Made by a program: the position numbers and the translations under genes
Notes under the pieces: model-generated
Told to the model about the DNA's origin: nothing
Seen by the model: the letters and a program-made list of their open reading frames with translations, nothing else
The model's database searches: none
Assembly (NCBI GenBank): GCA_029548865.1
Contig: JAKPMO010000008.1
Location: 1 to 26,530 of the forward strand
Direction: 5' to 3'
Length of the DNA stretch: 26,530 nt
Source: Caldisericota bacterium
GTDB taxonomy: Bacteria; Caldisericota; Caldisericia; JAAYUI01
Shown: piece by piece, positions 25,089 through 26,530 of the stretch
Numbering within the stretch: position 1 is the first letter of the stretch
Layout of the letters: every line of letters begins with the position of its first letter

Positions 25089-26530
25089 CGGTTTGATTGC
25101 GCCATCTTTGATGTCAACTCCGATACCAAAATCGGTCTTCCTGTCCGGGCAATCTTTCGGTGGTTCCTGTATCCACTTGGCGTTTTCTTTTGCGTGTTTG
25201 GCCGTGTAGGTGTCGTTTCCGCCAATGTCCAGGAAAATACCTATGTTTATCATAGTGTCTCTGGTTGTTCCGCCATTGCATGGCATTGGCCCGCCATATT
25301 GCCCCAGAGAAGGTGTGGCGCCAATGTCGTATGTGTCATCGCCACCGATATTTGCAAGGATGCCTATCCCATTGTTATTTCCGCAGCCGGCGACAAGTCC
25401 TGCATAAACTTTTTTGCCACCTTCCATTCTGAAACAGTTGTATGTGTCGTTACCACCAAGGTCCACATTGATTCCTACCGATGTGTCGTGACCAACACCT
25501 ATTGAAGTGGCCATTGTCGCCTGGTATGTGTCATTACCCGCCCTTTCCTGAAAGTATGCCAGGCCAAAGTGGGCACATGAACCCTGAACGTACCAGGTCC
25601 CTTTGTAATTGTCATTTCCTGTATAGTCCGACAGGATTCCCATTCCATGCCAGTATGCGACGCCTTGTCCAAAAACTCCGCAAGAATAAGAATCATCGCC
25701 ACCCATGTCCTGGAGAATGCCAACACCACCAGACATCGAATGCCCGTTGTCAAATTCTGCCCGGAGGCCATATCCTGCGCCCTGGCACATTGAGGTGTTG
25801 TGCTCCTTGCTCTGCGCCGATGGATTTATTATGTCCGTGTCGTTGGCGATATAAGTATCATTTCCGCTTTTGTCTTGAAGGAGGCCAATTCCCTGTGTGA
25901 ACCCGAATCCCTGTGAGGCAAAGTATGATTCGTAAACGTCGGTTCCTTCCTGATCCTGTAATATCCCAAGCCCGAACTCCGCCGCACCCTGTGAAAGGTT
26001 GATCGAGTTGTAGTGGTCATCGCCTTTCTTGTCCACCAGCACGCCGACGCCAAAACTTGCCGCACCCTGGGAGCACTCAATAGCGTTGTAGTTGTCGTCA
26101 CCTTCGGCATCATAGAGGCAAGCAAAGCCGAACCTGCCAGAGCCCATACAGTTGTGGAAATTGTAGTCCGTTTTGTAGGTATCATTGCCTGAGAGGTCTA
26201 TTGATACCGAAACAGGATTTTCCAGGCCATTGTTGCCTGCTACCCAGCCCGTGTAAGTGTCGTTTCCGCCAGTATCGAGCAAAAGAAGTTGCTTCTGGCA
26301 ATCGTGCCGGTCATCGCCATCGCCAGAAATTGTTATTCTCCCAAGTGGAGTGTCAACCTCAAATGGTGATGGTTTCTCTTTGGCCAGAAGCGCTATTGTC
26401 GAGTCAACTGCAAGCGACATTTGCGCTGCACCGTAGTACATGAAGGATGCATCGAATGCCAGTCCTGCATCGTAGGCCTCGATTGGCCATCCCTTTGTTT
26501 CACCGAGAATGATCGGTGTCTGGGCGAAGA
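25080..26530 (-). CDS. Large uncharacterised Gly/Asp-rich repeat protein (DxxGxDxY repeats), 5'-truncated by window
   Basis: Frame stays open past ATG 26441 to the window edge (…FAQTPIILGETKGWPIEAYDAGLAFDASF-MYYG); about 12 repeats of (D/E/N)xxG(N/D/T)DxY. Confidence 0.8.
   Translation of the reverse strand, partial: FAQTPIILGETKGWPIEAYDAGLAFDASFMYYGAAQMSLAVDSTIALLAKEKPSPFEVDTPLGRITISGDGDDRHDCQKQLLLLDTGGNDTYTGWVAGNNGLENPVSVSIDLSGNDTYKTDYNFHNCMGSGRFGFACLYDAEGDDNYNAIECSQGAASFGVGVLVDKKGDDHYNSINLSQGAAEFGLGILQDQEGTDVYESYFASQGFGFTQGIGLLQDKSGNDTYIANDTDIINPSAQSKEHNTSMCQGAGYGLRAEFDNGHSMSGGVGILQDMGGDDSYSCGVFGQGVAYWHGMGILSDYTGNDNYKGTWYVQGSCAHFGLAYFQERAGNDTYQATMATSIGVGHDTSVGINVDLGGNDTYNCFRMEGGKKVYAGLVAGCGNNNGIGILANIGGDDTYDIGATPSLGQYGGPMPCNGGTTRDTMINIGIFLDIGGNDTYTAKHAKENAKWIQEPPKDCPDRKTDFGIGVDIKDGAIKPLL

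Noticed and set aside
25180..26290. Periodic DNA similarity (e.g. gtgtcgtttccgcca) as a CRISPR or other DNA repeat
   Set aside because: The similarity is degenerate and fully explained by the protein-level DxxGxDxY repeat; there are no identical repeat-spacer units and no cas genes.

Overview
This is a bacterial core-genome window. Bases 1-15535 hold a compact tuf-S10-spc-alpha ribosomal protein superoperon (3' end of tuf, then rpsJ through rplQ, including secY, adk, map, infA and rpmJ), with rpmD (L30) missing from its usual place. It continues without an obvious break into ecfA1-ecfA2-ecfT-truA and two uncharacterised envelope genes, ending at a bidirectional terminator. Next come a divergent rpmB / rplM-rpsI-DUF362(4Fe-4S) pair, a minus-strand efp-nusB-acyP operon, a divergent two-gene unit (tandem PATAN/DUF4388-like + wHTH protein, then a stand-alone V4R protein) and a 5'-truncated DxxGxDxY repeat protein. 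The most striking feature is a 551-aa RNA polymerase alpha subunit. It appears to carry three tandem, degenerate alpha-CTD-like domains and a long Glu/Lys/Pro-rich linker. No RNA genes, CRISPR arrays or mobile elements were recognised. All family assignments are by eye; no searches were run.
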